NCBI GenBank assembly: GCA_963819815.1
Contig: CAWFXL010000001.1
Coordinates: 607,027-671,026 of the forward strand
Direction: 5' to 3'
DNA length: 64,000 nucleotides
From: an uncultured bacterium
GTDB lineage: Bacteria > Babelota > Babeliae > Babelales > Babelaceae
In this document: piece by piece, positions 31,043 to 40,112 of the stretch
Layout: every line of letters starts with the position of its first letter
Numbering within the stretch: the stretch's first letter is position 1
Notes under the pieces: generated by a model
Databases searched by the model: none
What the model was told of the DNA's origin: nothing
Seen by the model: the letters and a program-made list of their open reading frames with translations, nothing else
Program-made: the position numbers and the translations under genes

Positions 31043-31425
31043 GTTACAACTCCCCACACCTCAAAATCCATTGAGGGGGTAATAATAATAGGTTCATAGG
31101 CAGGATTCTCTGCACAAAGCAGTATCCTTGACCCTTCTTTACGAAGACGCTTAACGGTAAGTTCACCATCAATACGTGCAATAACAATCTTATTATTGGT
31201 AGGCGTAAGTGCCCGATCAACAATAAGAATATCATCTGACGTAATACCAGCATTCATCATAGAATCACCCGATACGCGCACAAAAAAAGTTGCTGCAGGA
31301 TGTTGAATAAGCAACTCATTTAAGTTCAGTGCTCGATCAACATAATCTTCAGCAATAGAAGGAAACCCTGCAGGAACAAGAGATTCAAAAAGAGGAAATG
31401 AGAGCTCTTTGCGTAGTTTACCCAT
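31021..31425 (-). CDS. umuD: UmuD / LexA-like S24 peptidase
   Basis: 134 aa. The Ser nucleophile is in VSGDSMMNAGI and the Lys in GELTVKRL. It lies directly upstream of umuC. Confidence 0.85.
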   Translation of the reverse strand: MGKLRKELSFPLFESLVPAGFPSIAEDYVDRALNLNELLIQHPAATFFVRVSGDSMMNAGITSDDILIVDRALTPTNNKIVIARIDGELTVKRLRKEGSRILLCAENPAYEPIIITPSMDFEVWGVVTCVIHRV

Positions 31426-31442
31426 TGTGATTATCCTTATTA

Positions 31443-31471
31443 TTTATATACTACGCTCTCTAGTATATAAA
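31443..31471. promoter_or_regulatory. Palindromic operator candidate (possible SOS box) upstream of umuDC
   Basis: tttatatacta-cgctctc-tagtatataaa has 11-bp perfect inverted arms and a 7-nt spacer. It lies 18 nt upstream of the umuD ATG and overlaps a TATACT -10-like hexamer on the minus strand. Confidence 0.4.
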
Positions 31472-31913
31472 AATCCTCATAAAATGGAAGTTCCGGTCCT
31501 GTGGAACTCTGAAAGGATGTAGGCGAGATTAAACCACACCGAGATTGATTGAAGTGAATATATTTCATACTATCACTGGAGTTAGAGTTGGCGAAATTAT
31601 TGTATTTATTTTAAAATCCCGCCAACTCTTGAAGTTTGATCCCCACACAAATTAATATTTTAATAAACACTGCATGATATATTTGACCTATAAGGGGTTT
31701 TTATGAATTCACCACCCTATAACATCCTTGGGGTGACAGATCGCACAATTCTCCCCCCTCTTTACATGATCATGCAACATGGTAAACTAAACTTAGATGT
31801 GGTACAAGAAGCTCAGTGTGTTAGTACACTGAAAAGGTACAAACACTCATTTCTTGCTGGACCATTGAAAAGAACGATATTGTCATTTTTTTTCATTCAG
31901 AAGGAGTATTCGC

Positions 31914-32396
31914 ATGAAAAAACTATACGGCATAGTATTGATGAGTCTTGCAGTTGCAAGCTTACAGGCAAAAAAAGAGATCGACCTTGATGCTATATTG
32001 CAAGCAATTCAAAACTCTAACCTACCGGATGCTCAACGTCAGCTGGAACCACTGAATCTTAGCACTAAGAATTCTGCTGACAGGCAAGAGCTCCTTGAAG
32101 AACTGAAAGACAAAGCTACTTCAGTTGATCAAAGACAGAATATCACTAAATTAGCCTTAGGTAGCCTCATTTTGCTGGGATCAAGTTTAGGAACCACCTT
32201 CGCCCAAAGAAGCGACTGGTACAATAGAAATACATCTGTATATCCTAGAGATCTTGTCTATTATTGCTTATTCGGTGCTCGAGTACTTGCAGCACTCTTT
32301 ATAAAAGATGGGATTTCAGGACTGTTCTTTAAGGATGGCTCTTCAAAATCTGCACGTGTTCGTGAGTATTTTGAAGACCTTGCTAATATAGAGTAA
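31914..32396 (+). CDS. Hypothetical secreted/membrane protein
   Basis: 160 aa. It has the signal peptide MKKLYGIVLMSLAVASLQA and an internal TM (LALGSLILLGSSLG). AGGAG lies upstream. Confidence 0.5.
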   Translation: MKKLYGIVLMSLAVASLQAKKEIDLDAILQAIQNSNLPDAQRQLEPLNLSTKNSADRQELLEELKDKATSVDQRQNITKLALGSLILLGSSLGTTFAQRSDWYNRNTSVYPRDLVYYCLFGARVLAALFIKDGISGLFFKDGSSKSARVREYFEDLANIE

Positions 32397-32501
32397 TTGC
32401 CCTGGTTGCGCGATCTTGAAGGCTGGAGAACTCGTGAATAGAGCTCCTCAACGCAAGACAAAAACTAACCTTTAGAGACTAATCTAAATCTCAGGTAACA
32501 A

Positions 32502-32543
32502 AACGGCGGTAGATATAGTACTTCTATCGCCGTTCTTTTTTTG
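32502..32543 (+). terminator. Rho-independent terminator
   Basis: aacggcggtaga / tctatcgccgtt form a 12-bp stem with 1 mismatch, followed by CTTTTTTT. Confidence 0.6.
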
Positions 32544-32573
32544 CTCTCAAGAGTATCTAATCCCTTGATAGTT

Positions 32574-32640
32574 ATTTTTTTTGTACGAGCTGATCATCTA
32601 TAGAGTTGATAAACTTCCAAGTCTAGGCGACATGGTAATC
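32574..32640 (-). pseudogene. Decayed 3'-end fragment of a third copy of the Cys-protease paralog family
   Basis: ttttttttgtacgagctgatcatctatagagttgataaacttcc aligns at roughly 70% identity, by eye, to the 3' end of 35680..37020 (tttctttgtaccagaagatcatctatataggtaaccaatttc, encoding ...YIDDLLVQRN*). The frame is broken by stops. Confidence 0.3.
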
Positions 32641-32785
32641 CTTTTTTGTTGGAGAAGTAAGAAAAAACGTGATCAGATGCTCGTGCAGAGGCTCTTAGTC
32701 GATCAATGAAATGATGGGTATCTCTACTTTTTTAATGCTCCAACTACAATCCATTGATTATTCAACATACACTTTTTCTTAAGAA

Positions 32786-34243
32786 CTACTTAGGCGGCAT
32801 TTTAGATTTTTGCTCAGAAGAAGTCCAATTAAAATTTTTTGTTATACCCCGAACCACTGCACCTAAAAGCAGGTAAAGAAACGGGGGTAAATCATGTAAG
32901 TCCACTATTGCTTCTTCGACCTCAGGTTCAAGGAGATCATCTATATAGCTAACCAACTTCGTAACACCGTTGCCTGCTCTGAGAGGAGCGTTCAGTGAAT
33001 CGAAAAGATACATGGTTGAGACACCTTCTTTACGCACAACTGCAAGAAGTACCCAGTGGCAGCCAGCAACATTATAAATAAAATACGTAACGGGAAGTGT
33101 TTGTAATTTTTCTTTGAGATGCTTTATTGCATCGACTTTTTTGCCAGTTTTTAATGCTGTGTGAAGAAAACCGATTGTTTCAGGACTAACGAGCTCAATG
33201 GAGTTCGGGTCAATATTCAGCTGTACCGCTGATGGAATAAGATCAACATCGGCACTATATTCTACTGCACCTCCACGCTGCAGTTTCTTAAAGGCCGGAA
33301 GATTAGTGATAGCTTCAGAAAATACTTTCTCAGCCAGTTCACGTGTCCGCGCAAACGTAATTGGTTGCCCTTGCGATACTTGAGCATTCACCGCAACTAA
33401 ATTCGCCAGTGCCGAAAATCCACAGGTATCTTCTATTTGGTTAGAGGACACTACGTACACAAAGGGATTCTTAAGAGAAAGCCCAGACAGAGGAGTACCA
33501 TCATCTAGAGTAGCATAAACAGGACCATGCACATTATTAACGGCTAGTAAGGGATCATATTGTCGACTTGCTATAGAGCGCCATAATAGGTCGCCCGTAT
33601 AGAACCAGGGCGATCGGGAAGCCCTTTTTAGTTTTTCTTGCAAGAGCTTTTCTAGCTTCTCCTTTTCAAGAGAAAGTTCTAGATACAGGCTATCATTGCC
33701 GGCAGCCACAGCTTGATCTATTTTTTCATCTCGCTCTAAGAGCTTTCCCTGGGCTTTTGTAAAGTCTGCCCGGACGGGAGATCTTTTGTCAAAATAGTCT
33801 TGTATATTCAAGGGCTTGGTAGTTGCTTGAGTTGTAGGTTTTACTGCAGGTCTTGAAAGAGGCGATCTGAAAACTGCTGGAGCCATATTCGCATTTTGCA
33901 GCGATTGGACCGCAGAAACATGCATAGTCTCTGCAACTCGACTCGGTACTGCAGGTGATTTTGTTGCATGCGTTTGATCGATAATTTGTTGAGTTTCAGC
34001 CTCTTCAATAAGCTCGTATGCCTTTCTTCGTGCTATAGGAAGCTCTTCTACATTTTTATCCGCTATGGCAATAAGTTGTTCTTCAAGCTCGGCTAAATGA
34101 TATTGATCAATCCCACGTCCTTGGGCTGTTTTTAGAGCATCTTCAAGGAAGATGACATCCGACTGCATGCCTCTACACGAGAAGACTAAGAAACCCGCAA
34201 ACCAAAAGAACAAGCGGATAAAGACTGTGGGGGTTGTTTTCAT
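32786..34243 (-). CDS. Secreted papain-fold Cys protease, Josephin/UCH-like (putative deubiquitinase-type effector), paralog 1
   Basis: 485 aa with a signal peptide and a helical N-terminal half. The C-terminal domain has NQIEDTCGFSALANL (Gln at -5, Cys, L+5, N+7, L+8 as in the Josephin QEGSLCAQHCLNNL). About 120 aa later comes AGCHWVLLAVVRKEGVSTMYLFDSLN (compare Josephin HWFTVRKLGKQWFNLNSL). Confidence 0.5.
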   Translation of the reverse strand: MKTTPTVFIRLFFWFAGFLVFSCRGMQSDVIFLEDALKTAQGRGIDQYHLAELEEQLIAIADKNVEELPIARRKAYELIEEAETQQIIDQTHATKSPAVPSRVAETMHVSAVQSLQNANMAPAVFRSPLSRPAVKPTTQATTKPLNIQDYFDKRSPVRADFTKAQGKLLERDEKIDQAVAAGNDSLYLELSLEKEKLEKLLQEKLKRASRSPWFYTGDLLWRSIASRQYDPLLAVNNVHGPVYATLDDGTPLSGLSLKNPFVYVVSSNQIEDTCGFSALANLVAVNAQVSQGQPITFARTRELAEKVFSEAITNLPAFKKLQRGGAVEYSADVDLIPSAVQLNIDPNSIELVSPETIGFLHTALKTGKKVDAIKHLKEKLQTLPVTYFIYNVAGCHWVLLAVVRKEGVSTMYLFDSLNAPLRAGNGVTKLVSYIDDLLEPEVEEAIVDLHDLPPFLYLLLGAVVRGITKNFNWTSSEQKSKMPPK

Positions 34244-34386
34244 AGCGAATGCCTTTCAATTTGTCAATTAATAGACTTATTATGTATTAATATTATCACT
34301 AACTGAAAATAAATGCAAGGGTCTGGCGTCTTTCGCCGACCTCAAAGCAGAATCCCTCATCAAAGGGATCAAAGGGGAGATTTTTG

Positions 34387-34451
34387 AACCAAATGTAGGA
34401 TGCGTTTGACGTTTGGACTGACCAAATATCAAACGCATCCTACATTTGGTT
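34387..34451. repeat. 23-bp perfect inverted repeat (long hairpin)
   Basis: aaccaaatgtaggatgcgtttga (34387..34409) is the exact reverse complement of tcaaacgcatcctacatttggtt (34429..34451). The 19-nt loop itself contains tttgg/ccaaa. Confidence 0.85.
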
Positions 34452-34579
34452 ATTTGTGGGAATAGCTAAATTCTAGGCGCTTATGCCTTCTTTAAAAGTC
34501 GTATATTTCCTGCAGGGAGCCTAGAAAAGTCTCTTGCTTAGATGAAGGATCATACAGATGTCTGCTTCTGAAAGCCCTT

Positions 34580-35272
34580 TTAAAGGCCCGTTTCAGTAAG
34601 ATCTACCGCAGTGATGAAAGAAAGCGGTACCTCTAAAGCTTCTTTCTGTGAGGTAAAGCTCATACGATGAAAGAGCGTCAGTCCATCTTGATCGATACCT
34701 TGACGATGTGCCTTGGTACCATAGCCCTTATTATTGGCATAGGCATACCCCGGGGTAACGGCATCTAAGCGGGTCATAAGCGCATCTCGAGTTACTTTCG
34801 CTATAATAGAGGCTGCGGCAATAGATTTCGATTGGCGCTCTCCGTAAATAAAATGGACCACAGGAATATCAAGATGATCAAGCTTAATAGGCATTGCATC
34901 GACAAGAATGACTGAAGGCTTCGGATCATGAGCTGTTAGTAACTGCATCAGGGCACGCTTCATGGCAATAAGTGTTGCTTGATAGATATTGCGCGAGTCG
35001 ATCAAACGATGATGTACTATACCTATGCCGTAAGTTGAATTCTTCATAAGCCACTGAAAGGCTATTACTCGCTCTTCATGAGTCATCAGCTTAGAATCTT
35101 TTATGAGCTTATTGCGCGCTTTAGGTCGCAATATGGCTGCAGCAGCAACCACAGGACCTGCAAAGCAGCTTCTCCCCACCTCATCAATACCGCACACAAG
35201 CTCTGATCGCTCCCATGCCTCATTCTCATAGAGGTTGCGCTTAAAATCGGGCTTACGCTTCGTGGTGACCAT
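34580..35272 (-). CDS. rnhB: Ribonuclease HII
   Basis: The motif GIDEVGRSCFAGPVVAAA (DEDD-type RNase HII N-terminus) is present, with DSK and KGYGT downstream. The ATG at 35272 was preferred over the TTG at 35287. Confidence 0.9.
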   Translation of the reverse strand: MVTTKRKPDFKRNLYENEAWERSELVCGIDEVGRSCFAGPVVAAAAILRPKARNKLIKDSKLMTHEERVIAFQWLMKNSTYGIGIVHHRLIDSRNIYQATLIAMKRALMQLLTAHDPKPSVILVDAMPIKLDHLDIPVVHFIYGERQSKSIAAASIIAKVTRDALMTRLDAVTPGYAYANNKGYGTKAHRQGIDQDGLTLFHRMSFTSQKEALEVPLSFITAVDLTETGL

Positions 35273-35607
35273 GCAAGTTCTCGGCAAAGATTAAAGACTC
35301 CGTAATCCAAGAATAGCTCAGTATCATTAGGAGAGCAACCAGCTGAGCTAAAGGCATACTTAGACAAGGAGGCTTTTTGCAGCCATTTTTAAGTTGGGAC
35401 CAACCACGAGAATGAAAGCGTCTCTTCAAACAAAAGATTGTAGCACAGGGCATCCCCACTAGCTTTTGAAGCCGGTTGTGCGTGTTCATTTTTCAAGCAA
35501 TTAACGAATTAGTAGACTTAGTCGATACTTTGTAGTTTTTGAAGCTGCAGGCACATTCTCATTTGGCAAACCAAGAGGAATGAATGACTATACAAAAAAC
35601 CCAGATA

Positions 35608-35650
35608 ACGAAACGGCGGGACCAAGTAAGTTCACCACCGTCGTTTTTTT
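35608..35650. terminator. Hairpin plus T-run just past the stop of 35680..37020
   Basis: aacga(aa)cggcgg ... ccaccgtcgtt is an imperfect stem followed by TTTTTTT on the plus strand. It lies 30 nt from the minus-strand stop and is probably bidirectional. Confidence 0.4.
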
Positions 35651-35679
35651 ATCTAAAAGTCAGTTATCTCTACAGGTAG

Positions 35680-37020
35680 CTAGTTTCTTTGTACCAGAAG
35701 ATCATCTATATAGGTAACCAATTTCATAACATCATCACCAACTCTGACAGGAGCATTTGATGAATTGAGAAGATACATACTTGGAACGCCATCTTTGCTA
35801 ACAACTGCAAGAAGTACCCAGTGACAACCTCCTACGTTATAAATGATATATGTAAAGGGAAGTGTATGTAATTTTTCTTTGAGATGCTCTATAGCATCGA
35901 TTTTTCGGCCGGTTTTTAATGCATTATGAAGAAAGCTAATCGTTTCATGGCTAACAAGCTCAATGGTATTTGGATCAATCTTGAGCCGTGCAGCTGAAGG
36001 AATAAGATCAACATCGGCACTGTAGTTCACTGCACCTCCACGCTCTAGATTCTTGAAGGCTGGCAGTGCTGTGATAGTTTCAGAGAATGCTTTTTCAGCC
36101 AGTTCACGCGTCTGTGAAAAGGTTATCGGTTTTCCCTGAGCCACCTGAGCATTCACCGCAAACAAATTTGCAAGCGCCGAAAACCCACAGGTGTTTTCTA
36201 CTTGGTTAAAAGACACAAGGTACACGAAAGGATTCTTCAGAGGAAGAGTAGACAAAGGAGTACCATCATCTAATGCAGCATATACAGGACCATGCACGCT
36301 ACTAATGGCTAGCAAGTGATCAAAGTGTCGAACCGTCATATAACGCCATAATAGATCCCTCGTATAAAACCAGGGAGACTGAGAAGCTTTTCTCAGTCGT
36401 TCTATGAAGGGCGTTTCTATTCCTTCCTTTTCATGAGAAAGTCTTAGATAGAGGCTATCGTTTTGGGCAGCAACAGCTCGCTCTATTTTTTCATCGAGTA
36501 CTCTAAGCTGGCCTTGGGCTTTTGCAAAGTCTGCCTGGAGAGGAGATCTTTTGTCGAAATAGTCTTGTAGATTCAAGGGCTTGATAGCTGCTTGAGTGCT
36601 AGACTTTATTGCAGGTCTTGAAACTGACGTAGATGAATTCGCGTTTCGCTGCGATTGGGATGTAGTAACATCTTCATCGTCGTCGTTTGAAAAAATGCGC
36701 ATAGGTCGTGCACCTTGACTTGGCACTACAGCAGTTTTTGGTTCATTCGTTTGATCGATAATTTGTTGAGTTGCTGCCTCTTCAATAAGCTCGTATGCCT
36801 TTGAGCGTGGAATCGGAAGCTCTTCCTTAGCTGTATCGGCTATGGCAAGAAGTTTGTCTGTAAGCTGTATTCTATGATCTGCATCAATCCCCAGTTTTTG
36901 TGCTCTTGCCAGCGCATCTTCAAGGAAAATTATGTCCGATTGCATAGCTCTGCACGAGAAAGCTGAGAAACTCATAAATAAGAGTGCCCATATGGTAGGG
37001 CTTGTGAAGGTTATTTTCAT
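35680..37020 (-). CDS. Secreted papain-fold Cys protease, Josephin/UCH-like, paralog 2
   Basis: The start was re-set to MKITFTSPTIWALLFMSFSAFSCRAMQSDIIFLEDAL, matching paralog 1's MKTT...FSCRGMQSDVIFLEDAL. The motifs NQVENTCGFSALANL and GGCHWVLLAVVSKDGVPSMYLLNSSN are conserved, with the third residue D->N. Confidence 0.5.
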   Translation of the reverse strand: MKITFTSPTIWALLFMSFSAFSCRAMQSDIIFLEDALARAQKLGIDADHRIQLTDKLLAIADTAKEELPIPRSKAYELIEEAATQQIIDQTNEPKTAVVPSQGARPMRIFSNDDDEDVTTSQSQRNANSSTSVSRPAIKSSTQAAIKPLNLQDYFDKRSPLQADFAKAQGQLRVLDEKIERAVAAQNDSLYLRLSHEKEGIETPFIERLRKASQSPWFYTRDLLWRYMTVRHFDHLLAISSVHGPVYAALDDGTPLSTLPLKNPFVYLVSFNQVENTCGFSALANLFAVNAQVAQGKPITFSQTRELAEKAFSETITALPAFKNLERGGAVNYSADVDLIPSAARLKIDPNTIELVSHETISFLHNALKTGRKIDAIEHLKEKLHTLPFTYIIYNVGGCHWVLLAVVSKDGVPSMYLLNSSNAPVRVGDDVMKLVTYIDDLLVQRN

Positions 37021-37201
37021 AGCAGTGTGTCCTTTTTTCAATGTGTCATAAATCAAAACATTTAATAGTAATTATAACACTTATTGAAAACATGCGCAAG
37101 AACCTGCTGCTTTTCCAGCCTCTATTGCAGCCCAGTCAAGCAACGAGCATACAGGCGCCCCTTCAATTGTATATTGTAGGACTCCACCATCCCAATAGCG
37201 C

Positions 37202-39283
37202 TCATGCAGCTTGTGCATGTTCTTTTTCATGTAGTTGACGCACTAAATGGGCAGCCTTATCAAGAATCACCCCAGGAAACCCCTGCTGCTTGAGTACCTC
37301 AAGCGCAATACACTGATGAGAAACACCAGCTTCAAGCTTAAATGGATACACGTATTCACCCTGATCAGTAGCCTTAACCGATACTCGGTAATTTTTGAAG
37401 GTATCGGTAGCTTCTTCCAATTTGGTAAGCAAAGAGAAGTGGGTTGATATAATACAGATATTATTTTTAAAGGGGGCCAAATGATGTGCAAAACTATACG
37501 CTGCAGCAGAACCTTCTACTGGAGCAGTCCCATTAAATATTTCATCAAAACAGGCAAAACTAAACTCACCCGATCCTTGCTGTTCTACTCGCTCAATTAA
37601 GCGCTGCGCCTGGCATGCTTCTGCCATAAAGAGAGAGTTGCCTGCACTAATATCATCCACAACATGTAAGGATGTTTTAATCGTATGGAACGGCGTAAAA
37701 TGCATTGCAGAAGCGGGGACAATCCCAATGGTTTGCCCTAAGATGATACAAAGTGCTAGTGATCTTAGGATGGTCGACTTACCACCCGCATTGGGACCAG
37801 TTATAATCATATTTTGTCGCTCAGTGCCTCCCAATAAGACATTATTTGAGATAGCGAGTTTTGAATCAATTAGTGGATGCCACATTTCATGTATATCTAA
37901 AAGAGGAGTCTGTTCCGCGGCATAGGTAGCAAAGCAAAACTTGACCTGCTGCGTCTCATGTTCTTTCATAAGCTTTGCCAAAGACACATACATATCGATT
38001 TTACCAATATCAGTTGCGAGTTCTTTAAGCTCATCTTTTACCTGATGCACAAGCTTATGCGCTCGTACCGCATGTCCCCTATTACTTGTCAATGAAAACT
38101 GTTTTTTAAACGTATCTCGCCCCAAAAGATCGATGAGCTCTTTTAACCTCGGTGATGCGGGAACTTTGACCTCAAAGAAATCAACTATTCCTTTACATTC
38201 CTCATAGAGCTCAGGACAGCTTTTCATCTCTTCAGAAAGCTTCCGTGCATTCATCATAAACTGAGCATAATGCGAGGTCATTGCATGCATATATTCTTCA
38301 AGATGATAGCAATCTGAAAGCCATTGAATGCTTTGCTTAGAATGATACCATGAGAGCAATCCTGTACCAAGGGCAATCCCAATATTCATCCATCTGTTAT
38401 TCCTATCCCAGAGCATCCCTGACAAGGACCATGCCCCTCCCCCCAATGAGTCTCTAGCTAAAGTTGCCACTCTCTCTGAAGGTTGCTTGTTAGCTATCCT
38501 TTGAATCGCATACCATGATAATACACACATACTTCCACAGCATAATGCTATCCACTTCAATCGCTGTGCATGCCCAGCAGTACTTCCGCAATTTAAAGCG
38601 ACCGTGCTTTTATTAAGAAAAGCAAACATGCCCCCATACTGTTCCTCCGAAAATTCAAGCAAATCCTCGACATATCTTTTCATGTAGTCAGTCTGGTAAA
38701 AAGCAAGAAATACAGGCTCAGCAGTGCGCATGGCACCTAGTGCCTCACTAAAAAGCTTCATTTTCTCTTCATCAGCCACAAAGCCCCGTATGATATCTTG
38801 CCTCTTTTTCAAGCGACTAACATCGGTTAGCGGTGAAGCAAGATGTAAAAAAAGAGATACTTTCCCAAGCTCGGTCTGAGTGCGACACAGAGCTTGCGCC
38901 ATATACACATCAGGCTTGGATTGTCCAGAAAAAAGAGTTAGATCAGTCCACGTAGTAGCCGGATCTAACAATACGTTACTCTGAAGCTGAAGCCTTTCCT
39001 CTGCTCCTTTAAAGAGATCAAATGCGGCAGATCTATACCACTTCTTGAGCGGACTACACTTACGCTTCCATTCACCATCTATAAATTCACGACTCGAGGA
39101 ATAGTTAGCTGGCTCTTCCTGCTCCCAGCTAAACGATGCAAGATTATGCTCTGCAACCGCGGTAACGGTTGCGCCTCCGGCCGGACGAGGGCAGGGCTCT
39201 TCAGCAAGCACACGTGGAAAAAGGAGCACACTAAGAATAATCGATAGCCGAAAAATAGTATTCATGGGTAGCCTCTGGAACAA
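37202..39283 (-). CDS. MutS-domain-V ATPase with an N-terminal signal/TM region (MutS-related, not canonical MutS1/2)
   Basis: 693 aa. Walker A is ITGPNAGGKSTILRSL, Walker B FACFDEIFNGT, and a STHF motif is present. The N-terminus has a signal-like helix and a hydrophobic segment (WIALCCGSMCVLSWYAI). No mismatch-binding or Smr domain is evident. Confidence 0.7.
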   Translation of the reverse strand: MFQRLPMNTIFRLSIILSVLLFPRVLAEEPCPRPAGGATVTAVAEHNLASFSWEQEEPANYSSSREFIDGEWKRKCSPLKKWYRSAAFDLFKGAEERLQLQSNVLLDPATTWTDLTLFSGQSKPDVYMAQALCRTQTELGKVSLFLHLASPLTDVSRLKKRQDIIRGFVADEEKMKLFSEALGAMRTAEPVFLAFYQTDYMKRYVEDLLEFSEEQYGGMFAFLNKSTVALNCGSTAGHAQRLKWIALCCGSMCVLSWYAIQRIANKQPSERVATLARDSLGGGAWSLSGMLWDRNNRWMNIGIALGTGLLSWYHSKQSIQWLSDCYHLEEYMHAMTSHYAQFMMNARKLSEEMKSCPELYEECKGIVDFFEVKVPASPRLKELIDLLGRDTFKKQFSLTSNRGHAVRAHKLVHQVKDELKELATDIGKIDMYVSLAKLMKEHETQQVKFCFATYAAEQTPLLDIHEMWHPLIDSKLAISNNVLLGGTERQNMIITGPNAGGKSTILRSLALCIILGQTIGIVPASAMHFTPFHTIKTSLHVVDDISAGNSLFMAEACQAQRLIERVEQQGSGEFSFACFDEIFNGTAPVEGSAAAYSFAHHLAPFKNNICIISTHFSLLTKLEEATDTFKNYRVSVKATDQGEYVYPFKLEAGVSHQCIALEVLKQQGFPGVILDKAAHLVRQLHEKEHAQAA

Positions 39284-39445
39284 TTGATACGTGAGCTTTT
39301 TTGTGCAATAGCCTGTTAACCCAAGTGTATCATGCTCCTATACTCCCAGCAACACCTTGTATACTGCCTCACCTTGAACTATGCTTGAACAAGATGATAG
39401 GAATATGGTATATCTTAACTCAGTTTTTACGCAGCAAAGTACACT

Positions 39446-39970
39446 ATGAAAAAAAAGATCATGTTCACCATCGGCCATTCAACAAGAACTCTTGAAGAGC
39501 TTCTAGAACTTCTCAAGCACTATGGCGTCACTGAGCTTGTTGATATTCGCTCCATACCAAAATCTCGCCATAATCCCCAATTTAATGGACCAGAACTCGC
39601 TCATTTTTTACGTAATCACCGTATTGGGTACCATCATCTCAAGAAATTAGGCGGCCTCCGTCATGCACAGTCCGATTCGATTAATACTGCTTGGAATAAC
39701 CTATCATTTCGAGGCTTTGCAGATTATATGCAAACAGAAGAGTTCAAGGAAGGATTAGCAGAACTTATACAGATCGGCCATGAAAAAACAGTCGCCATCA
39801 TGTGCAGTGAGGCTGTACCCTGGAGATGCCATAGATCATTAATTGGAGATGCTCTCCTTGTACATGGTATCCAGGTAGAGGATATTTTCAGTATCACATC
39901 AATAAAGCCTCACGACATGACTCCTTGGGCCATCGTTAAAGGGATGACTATCACCTATCCCGGCTCCTAA
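39446..39970 (+). CDS. DUF488 family protein
   Basis: MFTIGHSTRTLEELLELL...VDIRS.P.SR.NPQF and the C-terminal CSE..PWRCHRSLI are characteristic DUF488 strings. Confidence 0.75.
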   Translation: MKKKIMFTIGHSTRTLEELLELLKHYGVTELVDIRSIPKSRHNPQFNGPELAHFLRNHRIGYHHLKKLGGLRHAQSDSINTAWNNLSFRGFADYMQTEEFKEGLAELIQIGHEKTVAIMCSEAVPWRCHRSLIGDALLVHGIQVEDIFSITSIKPHDMTPWAIVKGMTITYPGS

Positions 39971-40112
39971 AGTATCACCAGAACTCACCTAGAGCCATCT
40001 CTAAGGGTGGTACATCTTTCCAGGGACAAAACAGGTTTTTTTTGGTATCCTTTACTCAGAAAATCTGATACAAATAGACTCAACCTTGAGCTTAGCCATA
40101 TTCAGGTGCCCT

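Noticed and set aside
31703-31990. 95-aa plus-strand ORF upstream of and overlapping 31914..32396.
   Set aside because: It overlaps the start of the better-supported signal-peptide gene, which has its own AGGAG RBS. No motifs.
35101-35489. Minus-strand ORFs 35101..35367 and 35253..35489 around the rnhB 5' end.
   Set aside because: The first is out of frame within rnhB. The second has no RBS or motif and lies in the rnhB promoter region.
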